The notes under the pieces were generated by a model. It was not told the DNA's origin and did no database searches. It saw nothing but the letters and a program-made list of their open reading frames with translations. A stretch of 64,000 bases of DNA from Chloroflexota bacterium. Lineage in GTDB: Bacteria; Chloroflexota; Anaerolineae; UBA4142. Every line of letters begins with the position of its first letter. Position 1 is the first letter of the stretch. The position numbers and the translations under genes are program-made. The DNA is taken from assembly GCA_016215025.1 (NCBI GenBank), contig JACRMI010000182.1, positions 2,864 through 66,863 of the forward strand, given 5' to 3'. Positions 1 to 10,228 of this stretch are shown piece by piece.

Positions 1-820
1 AGAAGTCGTGCGAGATGTTTTGCAGCACCGCGTCATCGGCACAACGATTGACGCGGTTCAATTGTTGCCGCCCGGTGCTCCAATCGTCGTCCGCGATTTG
101 ACCAACCTTGGTTTGAGCGATGCCTTGACGGGTGTGACCATCGCTAACGTCGTACGGCGTGGCAAGTTCTTGATCTTTACGCTGAACCCATCGAGCGGCG
201 ACAGTTTCTACCTCGTCATCAATCCCAAGCTTTCGGGACGACTTCAACTCGCGCAAGTTGGCGAGAAACGCATGGCGAAAACGCACATCGTTTTTTCGCT
301 CGCGAACGGCAGCGAACTGCGCTATATCGATCAAAAAGTGATGGGGCAAGTGTACCTCGAGCGCGATCCAGCCGAGATACTCGATGTGAAGCAGATGGGA
401 CCCGAGCCGTTCGATATTTCGCTCGCCGATTTTCGCGCGCGGCTGCAAAAATTTCGCGGTGAGATCAAGGGCATCCTCACGCGCGGCGATTTCGTCGCCG
501 GTATCGGCAATGCCTATGCTGACGAAATTCTCTGGGCAGCAAAGATTCATCCGTATCGCAAAAAGACTCAACTCACGCCGGAAGAAATCGAACGACTGTA
601 CCGCGCGATGCAATCGACGCTGCGCCAAGCTATCGATCACATTCAAGCGCAAATCGGCGAATCGATCCATTTGGAACAGCGCGATTTTATGGCAGTCCAC
701 ATGAAAACGGGCGAGCCATGTCCGCGCTGCGGCACACCCATTTCGCTCGTCGGCGCAAATCAGCGCATCACCAATTTCTGTCGCACCTGCCAACCGGGTG
801 GGCTTATCAAGGGCATGTAA
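1..820 (+). CDS. mutM: Fpg/Nei-family DNA glycosylase/AP lyase, 5'-truncated by window edge
   Basis: RRGKFL motif, H2TH motif AGIGNAYADEIL and C-terminal zinc finger CPRC...FCRTCQ. The frame is open to the window start (EVVRDVL), so the MPELPE N-terminus lies upstream. Confidence 0.9.
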   Translation, partial: EVVRDVLQHRVIGTTIDAVQLLPPGAPIVVRDLTNLGLSDALTGVTIANVVRRGKFLIFTLNPSSGDSFYLVINPKLSGRLQLAQVGEKRMAKTHIVFSLANGSELRYIDQKVMGQVYLERDPAEILDVKQMGPEPFDISLADFRARLQKFRGEIKGILTRGDFVAGIGNAYADEILWAAKIHPYRKKTQLTPEEIERLYRAMQSTLRQAIDHIQAQIGESIHLEQRDFMAVHMKTGEPCPRCGTPISLVGANQRITNFCRTCQPGGLIKGM

Positions 821-827
821 GGTGGAC

Positions 828-897
828 TGTCATGCTGAGCGGAGCGAAGCATCTCACATATCGGAAAATAAGACTCTTCGCTCCGCTCAGAGTGACA
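828..897. repeat. REP-like palindrome, TGTCA...TGACA family (copy 1)
   Basis: tgtcatgctgagcggagcgaagcatct / agactcttcgctccgctcagagtgaca inverted arms; related copies at 16918, 26500 and 56129. Confidence 0.85.
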
Positions 898-943
898 ATC
901 TTAAGCGATTCGCGAATTAATAAATTGGCTAGGGAGTGTTCCT

Positions 944-2092
944 ATGAAACGTCAACTTTTCAACGAAGAACACGAGATGTTTCGCCGCACGTTTCGCCAT
1001 TTTGTCGAAACCGAAATCGTGCCGCACAATGAACAATGGGAAAAAGACGGAATCGTTTCGCGCGAAATGTGGAAGCACGCTGGCGAAAATGGTTTTCTCG
1101 GAATGACGGCGCCAGAAAAGTATGGTGGCGCGGGCATCGATGATTTTGCCTACAGCGTCATCATGATCGAAGAAATCATTCGCGCGAATGCGACGAGTGC
1201 CGGGTTAGGAATCAGTTTACACAACGACATCGTCCTCCCTTACTTTTTGCACTATGCCAATGACGAACAAAAAGAACGCTGGCTGCCCAAGCTCTGTTCG
1301 GGCGAATCGATTCTGGCGATTGCGATGACTGAGCCAAACACTGGTAGCGATTTGGCATCCGTACGCACCACCGCGATTCGACACGGCGACTATTACGTAT
1401 TGAACGGCGCAAAGACGTTCATCACCAACGGCATTCTCGGCGACATTGTAATCGTCGTAGCGAAAACGGATCCAGCGCACGGACGCCAAGGCATCAGTCT
1501 GTTAGTTGTCGAGCGTGAAATGGCTGGCTTTACGCGTGGTCGTCACCTCGACAAAATTGGATTGAAGGCACAAGACACGGCAGAATTATTCTTTGAGGAT
1601 GTGCACGTACCGGTCAAAAATCTTTTGGGCGAAGAGGGACAGGGATTCAGATATTTGATGAGCCAATTGCCGAAGGAACGATTGAGTATCGCCGTGATGG
1701 CGGTCGCGTCATGCGAAACTGCACTCGACTTGACCGTTCAATATTGCAAAGATCGCACAGCGTTCGGTCAGCCCATCGGCACGTTTCAAAATTCGCGCTT
1801 TAAGCTCGCGGAGATGGCAACCGAAGTTGAAATCGCGCGCGTGTTTGTCGATCGCTGCATTCAGGAATTGAACGTGGGGCAACTCACCGTCGAAACGGCG
1901 GCGATGTCGAAATGGTGGACGACCGATTTGCAAGGCAAGGTAACCGACCAATGCTTGCAATTGCACGGCGGGTACGGTTACATGTCGGAATATCCAATCG
2001 CGCGACTATATCTCGACGCGCGCGCGCAACGCATTTATGCGGGAACGAACGAAATTATGAAGGAGATCATCGGTAGATCGATGGGTTTTTGA
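944..2092 (+). CDS. Acyl-CoA dehydrogenase (long-chain type)
   Basis: Motifs AIAMTEPNTGSDL, LNGAKTFITNG, QLHGGYGYMSEYPIAR, IYAGTNEIMKEII; RBS gggag. Confidence 0.95.
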   Translation: MKRQLFNEEHEMFRRTFRHFVETEIVPHNEQWEKDGIVSREMWKHAGENGFLGMTAPEKYGGAGIDDFAYSVIMIEEIIRANATSAGLGISLHNDIVLPYFLHYANDEQKERWLPKLCSGESILAIAMTEPNTGSDLASVRTTAIRHGDYYVLNGAKTFITNGILGDIVIVVAKTDPAHGRQGISLLVVEREMAGFTRGRHLDKIGLKAQDTAELFFEDVHVPVKNLLGEEGQGFRYLMSQLPKERLSIAVMAVASCETALDLTVQYCKDRTAFGQPIGTFQNSRFKLAEMATEVEIARVFVDRCIQELNVGQLTVETAAMSKWWTTDLQGKVTDQCLQLHGGYGYMSEYPIARLYLDARAQRIYAGTNEIMKEIIGRSMGF

Positions 2093-2093
2093 G

Positions 2094-2807
2094 ATGCGAC
2101 AAACTTTACTAATTGGGATTTTTTGTTTACTCACTTTGGGAGGATGTGCTTCACCTACTGCAACACCAGCACCAACAGAAACGGATACACCAGAGCCAAC
2201 GGCGACTGAAACGGCAACAGCGACAGCAACTGCCACTGCAACCCGCGTGCCAACGCAAACGCCGACACTCACGCGGACGAACACACCCAGGCCAAGCGCA
2301 ACGGCAACGGTGTTACGCACGCGAACTCGAACAGCAACGCCGAAACCGACAGCAGGACCCGCTGCGACCAAAACACTCGCTCAAATATGTACCGACTTGG
2401 CGGCAATCCGCGGCGGCGGGATTTTCGTCATGTCATTGCGCGGCGAACCCCAATTAGTTTGGGACAATGAACCCCACCACTTTATCGTCGGACTGTGCAA
2501 CACGAATCGACCGCCCAGCGTCCCGCAAGGTAAGTACAAAATCGTTTTGGAATTCCCAACATCAGGCAAGGGCTTGTCGCAAAGCGTGCCAACGCAAATC
2601 GAATTGAAACCGGGCTATAACGAAGTCAGCGTTGGACCTTGGATACCTGGGTTGGAAAATCATATCGCATCATGCAACAACCGCGCCGAAGCGGAAACCC
2701 ATGTGATGTACAACGATACGCCCGAACCGTTTTATCACGCGTTGTTGTGGGTGGATGGACGCGACCACGTCATAATGCCGATCAAGTGCGGCGGCAATTT
2801 TCCATAG
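2094..2807 (+). CDS. Putative lipoprotein with Thr/Pro-rich linker and Cys-containing C-terminal domain
   Basis: Signal peptide with lipobox LGGC, a roughly 70-aa TATATP linker and 4 Cys in the globular part. Confidence 0.75.
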   Translation: MRQTLLIGIFCLLTLGGCASPTATPAPTETDTPEPTATETATATATATATRVPTQTPTLTRTNTPRPSATATVLRTRTRTATPKPTAGPAATKTLAQICTDLAAIRGGGIFVMSLRGEPQLVWDNEPHHFIVGLCNTNRPPSVPQGKYKIVLEFPTSGKGLSQSVPTQIELKPGYNEVSVGPWIPGLENHIASCNNRAEAETHVMYNDTPEPFYHALLWVDGRDHVIMPIKCGGNFP

Positions 2808-2842
2808 CGAAAGAGCGCGAAAAAAGCGCGAAGCGTTTCGCG

Positions 2843-3472
2843 TTACTCTACGTCGTCTTTGGATTCCTCGCCGGTTAATCGATCCACGAGCGTACTCCCC
2901 ACGCCTCCAAGCGCATCAGTCGGCAAGTAATGACTGGCCGATTCGTCGAACAAGACATTCGCGCTTGCGGGAAAATCTTCATCGCCCGCATAGTACATCG
3001 CGGCGACGCGCACGCGCGGCAATGCGTCGAACGCAAACGACGCATCGGCAATGTCGAGCTTGACGCCGCCGAGATTTTTCGCCGCGCGCTCGAACACGCC
3101 GATGTGGTTATCGATTGCTTTGGCCAGCCGGTCGCCGCTGTAACCTTGGTACGCCTTGTGATAAAACATCCCGCCGGGCAAATCGCGGAACGCGACCCAC
3201 TTGCCAACCAGCGGCGATCCATCGGCAGTCTGCAAATAATACAAGAACATCGCGCTGCGATTGAGACCGCAGACCTTGTTTGTTTTTTCGACGCGGACCT
3301 TTAGCTCAGGAAACGTGACCACATACATCTCGCCGTAGAACGGAATGCGAAACAAACCATTCTGAAACTCCGCACCACACTTGTCGGCAAGCACCTGCGG
3401 GTCTCTATCACGCAGCGCCGCGCGTTGCGCCGCGACTTGCGCGATCATTTTTTCACGCATTGGTGTTGTCAT
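2843..3472 (-). CDS. DUF3786-like protein
   Basis: LYYLQTADG...GKWVAFRDLPGG...GDEDFPASANVLFD...HYLPTD pattern typical of this family; RBS ggagg. Confidence 0.75.
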   Translation of the reverse strand: MTTPMREKMIAQVAAQRAALRDRDPQVLADKCGAEFQNGLFRIPFYGEMYVVTFPELKVRVEKTNKVCGLNRSAMFLYYLQTADGSPLVGKWVAFRDLPGGMFYHKAYQGYSGDRLAKAIDNHIGVFERAAKNLGGVKLDIADASFAFDALPRVRVAAMYYAGDEDFPASANVLFDESASHYLPTDALGGVGSTLVDRLTGEESKDDVE

Positions 3473-3487
3473 TTAATTCCTCCAAGA

Positions 3488-4186
3488 TTATGTGTTTAGA
3501 TGTCCAACCGGAATCAGATACAACGGCGCATGATCGGTTGGCAGCGCAAGCGTTTGCTTCACCTTGTCATCTTCAAACGCGCCGATGGGAACCGCGCCAA
3601 GTTTCAGCGCAACCGCTTGAAGCAAAATATTCTGCGCCGCGTGTCCCGCTTCCAGATGCACATAGCGTGGCGTGCGTTCTTCGCCGTACTTGATCGAGGT
3701 ACGTGCATATACACTTGCAATCGCGATAACGGCTGCCGCATTTTTCACGGCATCTTGTTGCAGCGCGACCGACCACAAGGCAGAACGCAAATCCCCCTGA
3801 GCATGCACACTCAAGCGATGACCTTGCGGCTCGTAATGATAAACATTGTCGCGTGTCACCGCGTAAAGCTCCAAGGGATATAATCCGCCGGCCGATGGCG
3901 CGGTCCGCTGTCCCACCGGACTGGTTGCGCCTTGCGCCGCCCAAAGCAATTGTCCCAATTCTTCCATCGATAACGATTTGTTCGCAAACTCGCGAACCGA
4001 ACGTCGCCGCGCGAGTGTCTCTTCGAGCGACACCGTTCCGCTGAGATGTGGCGATGGCAACGTGATCGATTGCGATTCGGTTATCATCGTCGCAATCGGC
4101 TGCACACTGGGCTGTCGCGCGCAACCCATGAGCCAGCCCATTCCAATTCCACAACTTGCTAGAAATTCGCGTCGAGAAAGATTCAT
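3488..4186 (-). CDS. SagB/ThcOx-like nitroreductase-family flavoprotein with Tat and lipoprotein signal
   Basis: RRSVREF, LGQLLWAAQG, RTAPSAGGLYPLE, LEAGHAAQN; N-terminus SRREFL...LMGC. Start moved to the ATG at 4186, after RBS taggag. Confidence 0.85.
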   Translation of the reverse strand: MNLSRREFLASCGIGMGWLMGCARQPSVQPIATMITESQSITLPSPHLSGTVSLEETLARRRSVREFANKSLSMEELGQLLWAAQGATSPVGQRTAPSAGGLYPLELYAVTRDNVYHYEPQGHRLSVHAQGDLRSALWSVALQQDAVKNAAAVIAIASVYARTSIKYGEERTPRYVHLEAGHAAQNILLQAVALKLGAVPIGAFEDDKVKQTLALPTDHAPLYLIPVGHLNT

Positions 4187-4240
4187 AGGCGGCGCTCCTA
4201 CCATGTGCCAAGTGACGTGACAAGTGTCATGTCATTTCTT

Positions 4241-4274
4241 TTATCCGCGTTCATCCGCGTCTGTCCGCGTCCAA
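4241..4274. repeat. Half copy of the tccgcgt palindromic repeat family
   Basis: tatccgcgttcatccgcgtctgtccgcgtccaa matches one arm of the element inside mvk (60653-60731). Confidence 0.75.
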
Positions 4275-4322
4275 CTAGAGTTTTCCCAGTTGGGTGTCGG
4301 ACTGATGGAGCTAAATTTTACG

Positions 4323-5318
4323 CTAAATATCCGTCCAGGCGCTGTCTTCCCAGAACGCAAACAAATCGCTGATCGATTGACACGCATAGTTCCGATAGAT
4401 CGCTTCGCCGAAAACAGACGCGACGGAGAGTATTTCCAACTTGGGATGTCGTTTTTCCGGCGGAGTATACACCGTATCGGTCGTCACGATTTGCGTGATC
4501 TGTGGAATTGTGGCTAGTTTTTCCAAGCCGTTTTTGACGAATACCCCGTGAGTGCATGCCACCCAAATATCCTCAATACCTTGATCGATCAAAATTCCAC
4601 TCAGTTCGAGCACCGAGCCGCCTGTCGAAATTTCGTCGTCGAAGATCAGCGCGCGCTTATAGCCCTTGACTTGCTGTCCAACGATACTGTCGATTTTGAC
4701 TTGTGTATCCGAGATGCGTGTTTTATTTCCTGCGGTCACGGGTACACCCAGGTCGCGCGCAAACCGCGCCGCAGAATTGGCGTGTCCCAAATCGGGCGCG
4801 ACGACAATCGTGCCGGACAAATCGCGCTCTTGAAAATAGCGTTTGAAGACCGGACGACTCGTGAGCGGATCCGTCGGCACGCTGAAAAAGCCATGCACTT
4901 GGGGCGAATGCAACACCATCGTCATCACGTGCGTCGCGCCTGAGGCTTGCAACAAATCGGCAACCAAGCGCGCGGTGATCGAAATGCGCGGCGCGTCTTT
5001 TTTGTCGGAGCGAGCGAATGAAAAATAAGGAATGATCGCGTGAATTTCCTTTGCTGCCGCGCCGCGCGCAATATCAAGCATCATTAATAATTCGACCAAG
5101 TGATCGTTCACGGGCGGCGCAAGTGATTGAACGATGTAGACGCGCCGCGAACGCACGCTCGCGCCAAGTTGAATCGACAAGCAATCGTTGCCAAAGCGTT
5201 TGATGCCGGTGGGCACTAACGGCACGTCCAGATGACCGGCAATCGCTTGCGCGAGTTGCGGATTAGAGCTTCCGCTGAAGAAACGGACTTCGTTTGGATC
5301 CATCATCTGCATAGTCAT
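4323..5318 (-). CDS. prs: Ribose-phosphate pyrophosphokinase
   Basis: FSGSSNPQLA, IPYFSFARSDKK, VVAPDLG, PRPP-binding IFDDEISTGGS, ACTHG. Confidence 0.93.
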   Translation of the reverse strand: MTMQMMDPNEVRFFSGSSNPQLAQAIAGHLDVPLVPTGIKRFGNDCLSIQLGASVRSRRVYIVQSLAPPVNDHLVELLMMLDIARGAAAKEIHAIIPYFSFARSDKKDAPRISITARLVADLLQASGATHVMTMVLHSPQVHGFFSVPTDPLTSRPVFKRYFQERDLSGTIVVAPDLGHANSAARFARDLGVPVTAGNKTRISDTQVKIDSIVGQQVKGYKRALIFDDEISTGGSVLELSGILIDQGIEDIWVACTHGVFVKNGLEKLATIPQITQIVTTDTVYTPPEKRHPKLEILSVASVFGEAIYRNYACQSISDLFAFWEDSAWTDI

Positions 5319-5341
5319 ACCTTTCCTCCTCCTCGTTATCG

Positions 5342-5408
5342 GTGAACAGTGGACAGTGAACAGTAAACAGTCGGCAGTCGGCAGTCGTAACTGCTAACAG
5401 TTTACTGA
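5342..5408. repeat. Heptamer tandem repeat (cagtgaa/cagtcgg family)
   Basis: gaacagtggacagtgaacagtaaacagtcggcagtcggcagtc; same family at 11495-11576, 35970-36080, 58985-59015 and 59222-59300. Confidence 0.7.
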
Positions 5409-6650
5409 TCACGGTTGACTGGCATTGGGTTCATTTACAAAAAGAATCAACATGGCGACGACGGCAAACACGCCGATGAGATTCGCGGCGAGCGGCGCGT
5501 GAATGCCGCCCCAGGCATACAGAATTCCGCCGAGCCAGGATGCTGGAAATGCGATCAAACCTCGAAACATATTCAAGCGGCCGAAAGCTTCGGAACGTTC
5601 TGCGGCGGAGACGGAGCGTGTTAGATAAGTATTGACGACGGGAACCCAGGTCGCCGCCGTGAGTGCGAACAACACTTGCCCAACCAGAAACCATTCAAAG
5701 CTGGTTTGCGTGAGCCAGATTGCCATCAACGGAATCCCAAGCGATTCTGAAAAAACCATGATGCCCTTCAAACCATGTCGATCGACCCAGCGACCAATCG
5801 GCATTTGCATCAGCGCCCAGGACAGCGACATCACGCTCGCCATGATGCCCAACTGCTCGACAGAAAAGTTGTACGAGTCGCGAAGCATGCCGTTGATAAG
5901 CCCCCAGCCCATCGCCCACGAAAAAGAATCGCCCGCCGTTGCGATAAAAAATCCGCGCAGACCCTTCGGCGGCAGAATCGAACGCAAGACCGCCCGCCCC
6001 AGGTCGCGCAGATTGATCGCGTCGCGTGCATCCCGCGTTTCGCGCAGGTATCGCCACGCCAAAGCGAGCGCAAGCACTTCGAGCGCGAGCAACACCGGAA
6101 AGACGCCGACAAATCCAATTTGCTGCGCGAGCCAGCCGCCCAGCGTCGGCGCGAGAATACCTGGGACGAGCGACGCGACCATCGTAAGACTGAATGCGCT
6201 GCCATGTTGTCCACGCTGCGCCGATTCCGCTGTCATCGCCGAAAGGGCAGGACGCGAGAGCGCCGATAGACCAAGCAAAACAATCGCACCCAGCAGCAAT
6301 CCCCAAATGTTCAGCGCGCCTGCAATCGCCAACAGCGCGTACGCAACGATAATGAAAAGACTCGCCGCGACAATGAACGGCTTGCGCCCGATGCGGTCGG
6401 CGAGCCAGCCGCCAAACGATTGCGCGAGCGTCGTAAAAATGCCACTCATGCCGCCGATGCTGCTCAACAATCCAATGGTCGGCATCGATGCACCCAGACT
6501 CAATGCAAACGGCTGCCAAATGACGTTGTAGATGCTGGTATGCGCGCCGCGCAAAAACGAATTCGATGCTAAAACGAAAAGGTTATTGCGACGTTGGGTT
6601 TCTGATGTTTCGAGGGATGCTTGCGTCAAGAGATTAATTTCTGTGCTCAT
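5409..6650 (-). CDS. MFS transporter
   Basis: About 12 hydrophobic segments; MFS motif A GWLADRIGRK and a second GRWVDRHG. Confidence 0.9.
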   Translation of the reverse strand: MSTEINLLTQASLETSETQRRNNLFVLASNSFLRGAHTSIYNVIWQPFALSLGASMPTIGLLSSIGGMSGIFTTLAQSFGGWLADRIGRKPFIVAASLFIIVAYALLAIAGALNIWGLLLGAIVLLGLSALSRPALSAMTAESAQRGQHGSAFSLTMVASLVPGILAPTLGGWLAQQIGFVGVFPVLLALEVLALALAWRYLRETRDARDAINLRDLGRAVLRSILPPKGLRGFFIATAGDSFSWAMGWGLINGMLRDSYNFSVEQLGIMASVMSLSWALMQMPIGRWVDRHGLKGIMVFSESLGIPLMAIWLTQTSFEWFLVGQVLFALTAATWVPVVNTYLTRSVSAAERSEAFGRLNMFRGLIAFPASWLGGILYAWGGIHAPLAANLIGVFAVVAMLILFVNEPNASQP

Positions 6651-6691
6651 GCACTCTGATTATATCCGGTCATTCGAGAATCACCAAAACA

Positions 6692-6722
6692 AAAACGGTT
6701 CATTCTTTGCGAATGAACCGTT
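6692..6722. terminator. Hairpin, probable terminator after the Fe-S gene
   Basis: aacggttcattc-tttgc-gaatgaaccgtt followed by a T-run on the minus strand. Confidence 0.6.
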
Positions 6723-6739
6723 GGAATCGAGCGGACCAA

Positions 6740-7726
6740 CTATCCAGCTAACAAACGAACGTCAAGCGGTGCCGGCTTGCTTTCATCGCGCACGAGCGCA
6801 ATCGCTTCGAATCGACATTGGCTCTCGCACACGCCACAACCCATACACTTGTCTCGATTCACTGTCGTCGTTCCCGTATCCATCGACAACGCATCGAACG
6901 GGCACGCTTCGACGCAAACGCCGCAGACTGTGCAATTCGATTCGTCAATCGCGGCGACATAGCCCGACGATGCCATCGTCTTCGCGCCGTACTTGGTCAT
7001 CGCTTCGATGCCGCCGCAGCAACACTTGCAGCAATTGCAGATCGCGAACAAGCGGTCGCCGATAACGTTCTTGAACCACGCCGAATGCAAATGCCCGCGT
7101 TCGTGTTCTGCGCGCAAAATATCGAGTGCCTCGGCTTGTGTGATACGACGCGCGCTTTGCGGATTGTGGTCGAGCAAAAAGTCGTTCGCAGAACCGCCAA
7201 TGGTCATGCAAACATCCGTCGGCTTGCAACCGTTCGGACGCGCATGACGACATGCGCATTCGTAGAGCGTGATGTTGAGCGGTGATTTCAAAACGACATC
7301 GCGCGCCATCGGATACGGAACAATTTGCTCAAGGTTGCGCGAATCGATGTCGTGGTCGAGCGTAATCATTTCGGCGGCGAGTTCGGGCGTGAGCACTTTG
7401 CCGTGATACGAATTCGCCCAATGTTCACGCGTTTTCTCATCCATGCGTGGCATGAGCCAATTAATGAGGACCGAAATGTATTGATTGGTCCAACGACCAT
7501 AGACGTACGCATGAATCGGATCGAAAATGTTGGCTTTGTGTGCCGAGCGAGTACCGGTGTGGATGCGTTTGGGAGTGTGGGGGGCACGCTTGGATTTTTT
7601 CGGTTGCGCTGCGGCAAGCGTCGATGGCAGAACGAGATGTCCGCGCTCGCCAAAAATCCAGAGCGCGAAAAGTGCGGCAAACAAAACGATGAAGACAAAT
7701 CCGATGATAGTGACAATCGTTGTCAT
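6740..7726 (-). CDS. Membrane-anchored 4Fe-4S binding protein
   Basis: N-terminal TM; CACR..C..VC and ICNCCKCCC motifs; two CxxCxxCxxxC ferredoxin motifs at the C-terminus. Confidence 0.85.
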   Translation of the reverse strand: MTTIVTIIGFVFIVLFAALFALWIFGERGHLVLPSTLAAAQPKKSKRAPHTPKRIHTGTRSAHKANIFDPIHAYVYGRWTNQYISVLINWLMPRMDEKTREHWANSYHGKVLTPELAAEMITLDHDIDSRNLEQIVPYPMARDVVLKSPLNITLYECACRHARPNGCKPTDVCMTIGGSANDFLLDHNPQSARRITQAEALDILRAEHERGHLHSAWFKNVIGDRLFAICNCCKCCCGGIEAMTKYGAKTMASSGYVAAIDESNCTVCGVCVEACPFDALSMDTGTTTVNRDKCMGCGVCESQCRFEAIALVRDESKPAPLDVRLLAG

Positions 7727-7750
7727 TGCTTCCTCCTTGAAAATAAAAGT

Positions 7751-8530
7751 CTATGCTTTGGCAACTACTACCAAATCGCCCGACTGTTCTGCGTTGAATG
7801 GCTCGCCCTGCAAGCTACCGTAGAATGAAACATCATGAAAGCCCGCGCGCTCCAACAAGTTTTCAATTTCATTTTTTTGATACGGACGCTGTTGTGTGCT
7901 TTGCACTTGAACCGACCATGCTCCCTTGTCGTCTTTGCTGAACAATGCGATGTTGAATGTGATGCGCATCGATGTTTGATCGTAATCCGCAAATCGCCAG
8001 ACGAGCGTCTCGCGATTCTGCAACATGCCCGAATTGACTGCGAACCAGCGCGGCTTGTCTTTCATTCGTTTATCGTAATTCAGGTTATGCAAAATCAGAA
8101 CGCCGCCTGAGCGTAAACAATCGCGCATGTTCGACAAACTGGCGAGCGCGTCTTCATCGCTCAACACATGCACAAACGAATTTCCGAGACACAATACTGC
8201 GTCGAATTTTTCATCAAACGTCGTGCGCAAATCTTGAAAGCGCGCGATCTTGAACGGGATGGATAGACCGACACGTCGAGCATTCGCTTCGGCGCGCGCA
8301 ATCATCGCCGCGCTAATGTCGCTGCCTGCGACGCTATAACCACGCTGTGCGAACGCAATCGCATGACCGCCCGTGCCGCACGCACAATCGAGAACAGAGC
8401 GTGCGTTGTGTTGCGCGAATATTGATCCGATGAATGGCAATTCAACGGCGAGCCGACTCTGCCAAGCGGTCATCACATCGAAAAATTCAGCCAAGCGGTC
8501 GTAGAATTCAGTTTCGGTAAGCATATTCAT
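7751..8530 (-). CDS. Class I SAM-dependent methyltransferase (glycine/sarcosine N-methyltransferase-like)
   Basis: VLDCACGTG motif I and FDAVLCLGNSFVH. Confidence 0.85.
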   Translation of the reverse strand: MNMLTETEFYDRLAEFFDVMTAWQSRLAVELPFIGSIFAQHNARSVLDCACGTGGHAIAFAQRGYSVAGSDISAAMIARAEANARRVGLSIPFKIARFQDLRTTFDEKFDAVLCLGNSFVHVLSDEDALASLSNMRDCLRSGGVLILHNLNYDKRMKDKPRWFAVNSGMLQNRETLVWRFADYDQTSMRITFNIALFSKDDKGAWSVQVQSTQQRPYQKNEIENLLERAGFHDVSFYGSLQGEPFNAEQSGDLVVVAKA

Positions 8531-8534
8531 CCTG

Positions 8535-8607
8535 TGTCATTGCGAGCAGCGATGCACAAACGCATTTTCAATAACGGTACTCGTACGAATCGCTTCTCGC
8601 AATGACA
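8535..8607. repeat. REP-like palindrome, TGTCATTGCGAG subfamily
   Basis: tgtcattgcgag ... ctcgcaatgaca terminal inverted repeat; a relative starts at 14574. Confidence 0.75.
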
Positions 8608-8611
8608 AATG

Positions 8612-10228
8612 CTATTTCCTAAATGCCATCGTCAGATCGACGTGGTCTTGGTAGATGCGCAACTCTTGATCGATGCGCGTCTTGTCCCAATCATAATGCT
8701 CGCTCAGCATCCTGGCTACTTGCGGCGCGGCAGCGAGACCATTGTCGCGCGATTCGGTTAGCAGATGCAAACGGCGTTCGAGCACGTCGGTCACCGTCAT
8801 CGCCATTTCGTTTTCAATCGCATACAAGACTTCTGCCCAAATGTACGGCAAGTCGTCGGCGATGCGTTGCGCAAGATTGGAATCGCTTTGCGCCAGCTTC
8901 TCCACTTGACTGTACTGCGCGCCGTGAAACTGTCGTAAATGATCGACAACATCTTGCGGCAAATTATCCGAAACCATTTCGCCATCACCTTCGATGATCG
9001 GTGTCTTCGCCGTCATGCACGGATTCTTTGCGACGATGTCGAATCGCTCGCGCAACTGTTTTGCAACCACATTGACCAGTTGCTCTGCCATCGCGCGATA
9101 CGTCGTCAGCTTGCCACCCGCAATCGAAACGAGACCCGAAGGCGTTGTCCAAATCTCGTGCTCGCGCGATGTTTTGCTTGTGTTCTTGCCCGTTTGACAT
9201 ATGAGCGGGCGCAGTCCCGCGTACGTGCTGAGCACATCCGCGTGGGTAATGGGCGTGGTCGGAAACGCGTGATTCGCAACGGCGATAATGTAATCAACAT
9301 CGGCTTGGTTGGCGAAAACGTGATCGTAATCGTCTTCGTAATCCGTGTCGGTGGTGCCGATGATTTGAAACTTGCCCCACGGAATCGAAAACAGCAATCG
9401 ACCATCGGTAATATTCGGAAACGCGACCGCGCTCGCCGCACCGATTTTTTCGCGTGGGACGAGAATGTGCGCGCCTTTGGTCGGACGCATTCGCTTTAGG
9501 GATTTCGGATCGTCCAACTGCGTGAGCGTATCCGTCCACACGCCTGTCGCATTCACAACCACGCGCGCGCGAATTTCGATTTGATCGCCGAGCAGCGTAT
9601 CGTGCGCGTTCACCCCAACAACCCAACTCTTGTCCTTGATGAGCGAATCGACTTGCACGTAATTTGCAATCGCTGCGCCATACCTTTGCGCCGAGCGAAT
9701 CGTTTCGAGCGTCAAGCGTGCATCATCGACTTGACCGTCATAATAATGCGCCGCGCCGTTGATGTTGCGCACATCGAATCCACGCGCGAGTCGCGTGACC
9801 GCGTCGTTCGACATCCAAGTATGGTTACGATAGTTGCGAAAGAGCGCGAGCGCATCGTAGAGCCACAAGCCACTGTTAATCATCCAACCTGGGAAACGCG
9901 CGTCGCGATAAACGGGGAAAATAAATGGTAGAGGTCTCGCAAGATTCGGAATAGTATTCCAGAGGACACGACGTTCACGGCTAGCTTCGAATACCAGACC
10001 AAACTCGAACATTTCGAGGTAGCGCACACCGCCGTGCACAAGCCTAGACGATTTCGACGATGTGCCGCTCGCAAAGTCGCCCTTGTCGATGAGTGCCATT
10101 TTGAATCCGCGCATCGCCGCATCGCGCGCAATGCCTGCGCCCGTAATACCGCCACCAACCACGAGAATGTCGAATTGCTGTTGATGCAGATTCGACTGAC
10201 GGGCGTGCGCGGAAAAACCTGTTGCCAT
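8612..10228 (-). CDS. glpD: FAD-dependent glycerol-3-phosphate dehydrogenase/oxidase (GlpD type)
   Basis: VGGGITGAG, GTSSKSSRLVHGGVRYL, GTTD, YAGLRPL, GGKLTTYR. Start at ATG 10228 overlaps the glpC stop. Confidence 0.9.
   Translation of the reverse strand: MATGFSAHARQSNLHQQQFDILVVGGGITGAGIARDAAMRGFKMALIDKGDFASGTSSKSSRLVHGGVRYLEMFEFGLVFEASRERRVLWNTIPNLARPLPFIFPVYRDARFPGWMINSGLWLYDALALFRNYRNHTWMSNDAVTRLARGFDVRNINGAAHYYDGQVDDARLTLETIRSAQRYGAAIANYVQVDSLIKDKSWVVGVNAHDTLLGDQIEIRARVVVNATGVWTDTLTQLDDPKSLKRMRPTKGAHILVPREKIGAASAVAFPNITDGRLLFSIPWGKFQIIGTTDTDYEDDYDHVFANQADVDYIIAVANHAFPTTPITHADVLSTYAGLRPLICQTGKNTSKTSREHEIWTTPSGLVSIAGGKLTTYRAMAEQLVNVVAKQLRERFDIVAKNPCMTAKTPIIEGDGEMVSDNLPQDVVDHLRQFHGAQYSQVEKLAQSDSNLAQRIADDLPYIWAEVLYAIENEMAMTVTDVLERRLHLLTESRDNGLAAAPQVARMLSEHYDWDKTRIDQELRIYQDHVDLTMAFRK

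Noticed and set aside
2150-2375. Thr/Ala/Pro repeats here and Ser/Ala repeats at 38760-38845
   Set aside because: Ordinary low-complexity lipoprotein linkers.
5632-6531. Long antisense ORFs (also 15613-16506, 20797-21888, 56123-56911, 61533-62330)
   Set aside because: Shadow frames of well-supported opposite-strand genes with no motifs of their own.
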